A stretch of DNA of 63,180 nt, counting the filler, from Dugesia japonica (lineage: Eukaryota), in the NCBI GenBank assembly GCA_001938525.1. It is 7 parts of 7 records of this genome, joined end to end, with 100 filler letters (N's around TTAATTAATTAA, not from the genome) between each part and the next. Parts side by side here need not be neighbours in the genome. Positions count along the whole stretch, not along the records: positions 54,205 to 63,180 come from MQRL01616177.1; 6 more parts are not named here. The stretch is one strand, 5' to 3'. Position numbers and translations under genes: made by a program. Below, piece after piece: positions 61,266 through 63,180 of the stretch. Under the pieces are notes generated by a model. That model ran no database searches and had not been told where the DNA came from. It saw only the letters and a program-made list of their open reading frames with translations. Each line of letters opens with the position of its first letter. Position 1 is the stretch's first letter.

Positions 61266-61694
61266 TTATACTAGCACATCGGTGATTTCTTCCTCAGAAT
61301 TTTCGTTATTATTACTAGTCATATCATTCCGCGCCCTCCATAAATAATTTTGCACGAAAGAAGACAGTTGCAAGGTTGAGGGTAAGCGATTTGTAGTGAT
61401 GCCGACCAAAGATGGACCATCGTGCCACAGTTGCTCTACTTGGGGTATCTCAGTGGATCGTTCAAACGAGAGTGGGGCCGGTGGGAAGGCGACTCTATCT
61501 CTCTTTGGACCACACCAGCTATAGTAGGCTGCCTTCTCTGTTGCGTCCCATTGCCGATCTGTTGTGCGTTGTTCAACAGGAACATTTGAACGGTCTACTA
61601 ATACACCAGCGTCACGTTCATAGGGGTTTTGGTATCGTCGGAACACAGTGCGGCCGGAGCGAATGTCTAAACTCACTTCCCATTTGTATTCCAT
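61266..61694 (-). CDS. Orphan 142-aa protein
   Basis: Intact ORF, GC-richer than its flanks; TTGTAG acceptor 10 nt before the ATG; AATAAA 15 nt after the stop. Confidence 0.55.
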   Translation of the reverse strand: MEYKWEVSLDIRSGRTVFRRYQNPYERDAGVLVDRSNVPVEQRTTDRQWDATEKAAYYSWCGPKRDRVAFPPAPLSFERSTEIPQVEQLWHDGPSLVGITTNRLPSTLQLSSFVQNYLWRARNDMTSNNNENSEEEITDVLV

Positions 61695-61745
61695 AAGGAG
61701 GATTCTACAATTAATAACCAGTAATGTTCTGTTTAGGAATAAGGT

Positions 61746-62075
61746 TTAATTAATTAATATAACAATTTTGACATTGGTGGAGAATAATTTAAAGATAAAG
61801 TCAGTCATATGTTTTAATAGAATCTCCTACGAGACAACACGACAACAATTTGTATTCTATAAAAGTGATTCCACCAAGAATGGGGCAATTGGCTATTCCT
61901 CATCTATGTCAACTTGGTCCTGGAGTGGGAACATCTCGGCGAAACACTGAAGATCGGTTTCGTCGGGATGTTCAATCGCGCCATGCGATAGTATATGTAC
62001 CAATAGCTGTCGCCTCCACGATTTACGCCTTTCAAACTGAATCAATTTTAACATTTTTGAAAACTGATCAGCCAT
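61746..62075 (-). pseudogene. Orphan ORF with in-frame TAG stops (extends track ORF 61893-62075)
   Basis: CCAG|ACACATG and TTTTGGTAG acceptors upstream. The frame continues through three TAGs to a TAA overlapping ATTAAA near 61745-61750. Confidence 0.4.
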
Positions 62076-63180
62076 GTGTCTGGATTATCTACCAAAACAA
62101 AATCTGCTTTAGTTAACCATAAAATTTGAAAAAGAACCAATATGTAATAATTTAGTAGTATTTTTCTCATTACTATTAAAATCCTCCGTGGTCTAGAATC
62201 AATAACCGGGGTTTGCATAGTAAAAACCCAATAGAACTGAATTTTTCAATTGACCTCTCATTTTCGCTTAAATTGAAACTAGCAAAAGTTCTGCAAATTT
62301 ACTGGTGATCTGAAATTAACCCTTCATTGGTTAAAAATATAACTTCCATTTCTACGATTTTATGCAACTAATTTTCTATGGATATTGCTACTTTTTACGA
62401 ACTATATTGGTGTAAGCCTTGATCACTACGGTGGTGAAAAATCTAAACATAGTTGCTCGCGTTTTGCTAAATACAATATTATTAAACTTTACCCATTATA
62501 ACCGTAACTTTTTTATTAACTTATTTTACCTATGAAATTTATTTTGCATTTATTTTACTTATATTAGGTAGTTGATTCTTAATATGCGGCCTGCTTGGTG
62601 GGTTAGCGAATGAATCAAAAAGAAAATAAATTTTGATGTATCAGATAATTCACATTTTGCCCCGTGTGAGATCTACATTATGCAAGATATTATTCTCGTG
62701 TATTAAACTGGGCTTAATTTAAAGACGAATATTTAAATATCTAAATGAATTAACTGAAATAATTAATCAATATATAACTCAAAATAAGATTATTTAAATG
62801 TTAATTATTTGTGTTGCCCTTGGCAACAATCCAAGGCGATGAAATTATGCATGGGTTTAACCCTGTTGTTGTGCTGTATGATAACTGTAGGCGGTGTGTA
62901 TGATCATTGCGCATGCTGGCTGAATAAGAACTAATGTATGTATGTCCAGTGTGGATGTAATCATTTCGATGACAGTTGATTGTACTTGGTAATNNNNNNN
63001 NNNNNNNNNNNNNNNNNNNNNAGTTGGGAGTTTCTAATCAAGATTTACTAAGCTATCGTTTGCATATTGCATAATTAAAACCGCGTACTTTATTTAAGAT
63101 ATCAACTTCTTAGGATAATGGAAAATACAATGATCAGCATCTTTTTTCATTAACATATTCATATAGCATGTTATTTTAAA

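Overview
Very AT-rich eukaryotic (animal) DNA. A planarian or other flatworm is plausible from the composition, (TAA)n microsatellites and TE families, but that is inference only. The window is not one continuous locus: six artificial 100-nt spacers (44 N + TTAATTAATTAA + 44 N) join seven segments, mostly ~8-9 kb, so synteny across them cannot be assumed. Content is mostly mobile DNA: (i) a near-complete, >=8 kb RLE-type non-LTR retrotransposon (NeSL-like) with two CHCC zinc motifs, an active-looking plus a dead Ulp1/C48 protease domain, RT, CCHC and a restriction-like endonuclease, plus a second decayed relative; (ii) Polinton/adintovirus remnants (pPolB, major capsid protein, and a Zn-finger/PLA2 ORF in frame with the integrase); (iii) two largely complete but decayed Ty3/Gypsy elements and many fragments; (iv) Penelope remnants with hammerhead-ribozyme cores; (v) hAT, pogo/Tigger, MULE and mariner remnants/MITEs. 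Host sequence comprises the first two coding exons of a MARK/Par-1 kinase, an eEF1A pseudogene fragment and three candidate exons of an unknown gene. The least explained structure is at 57.5-62.1 kb: two tandem arrays of short orphan ORFs, each bracketed by a splice acceptor and a poly(A) signal, one ending at an LTR-like terminus. All calls are by-eye motif recognition; no searches were run.
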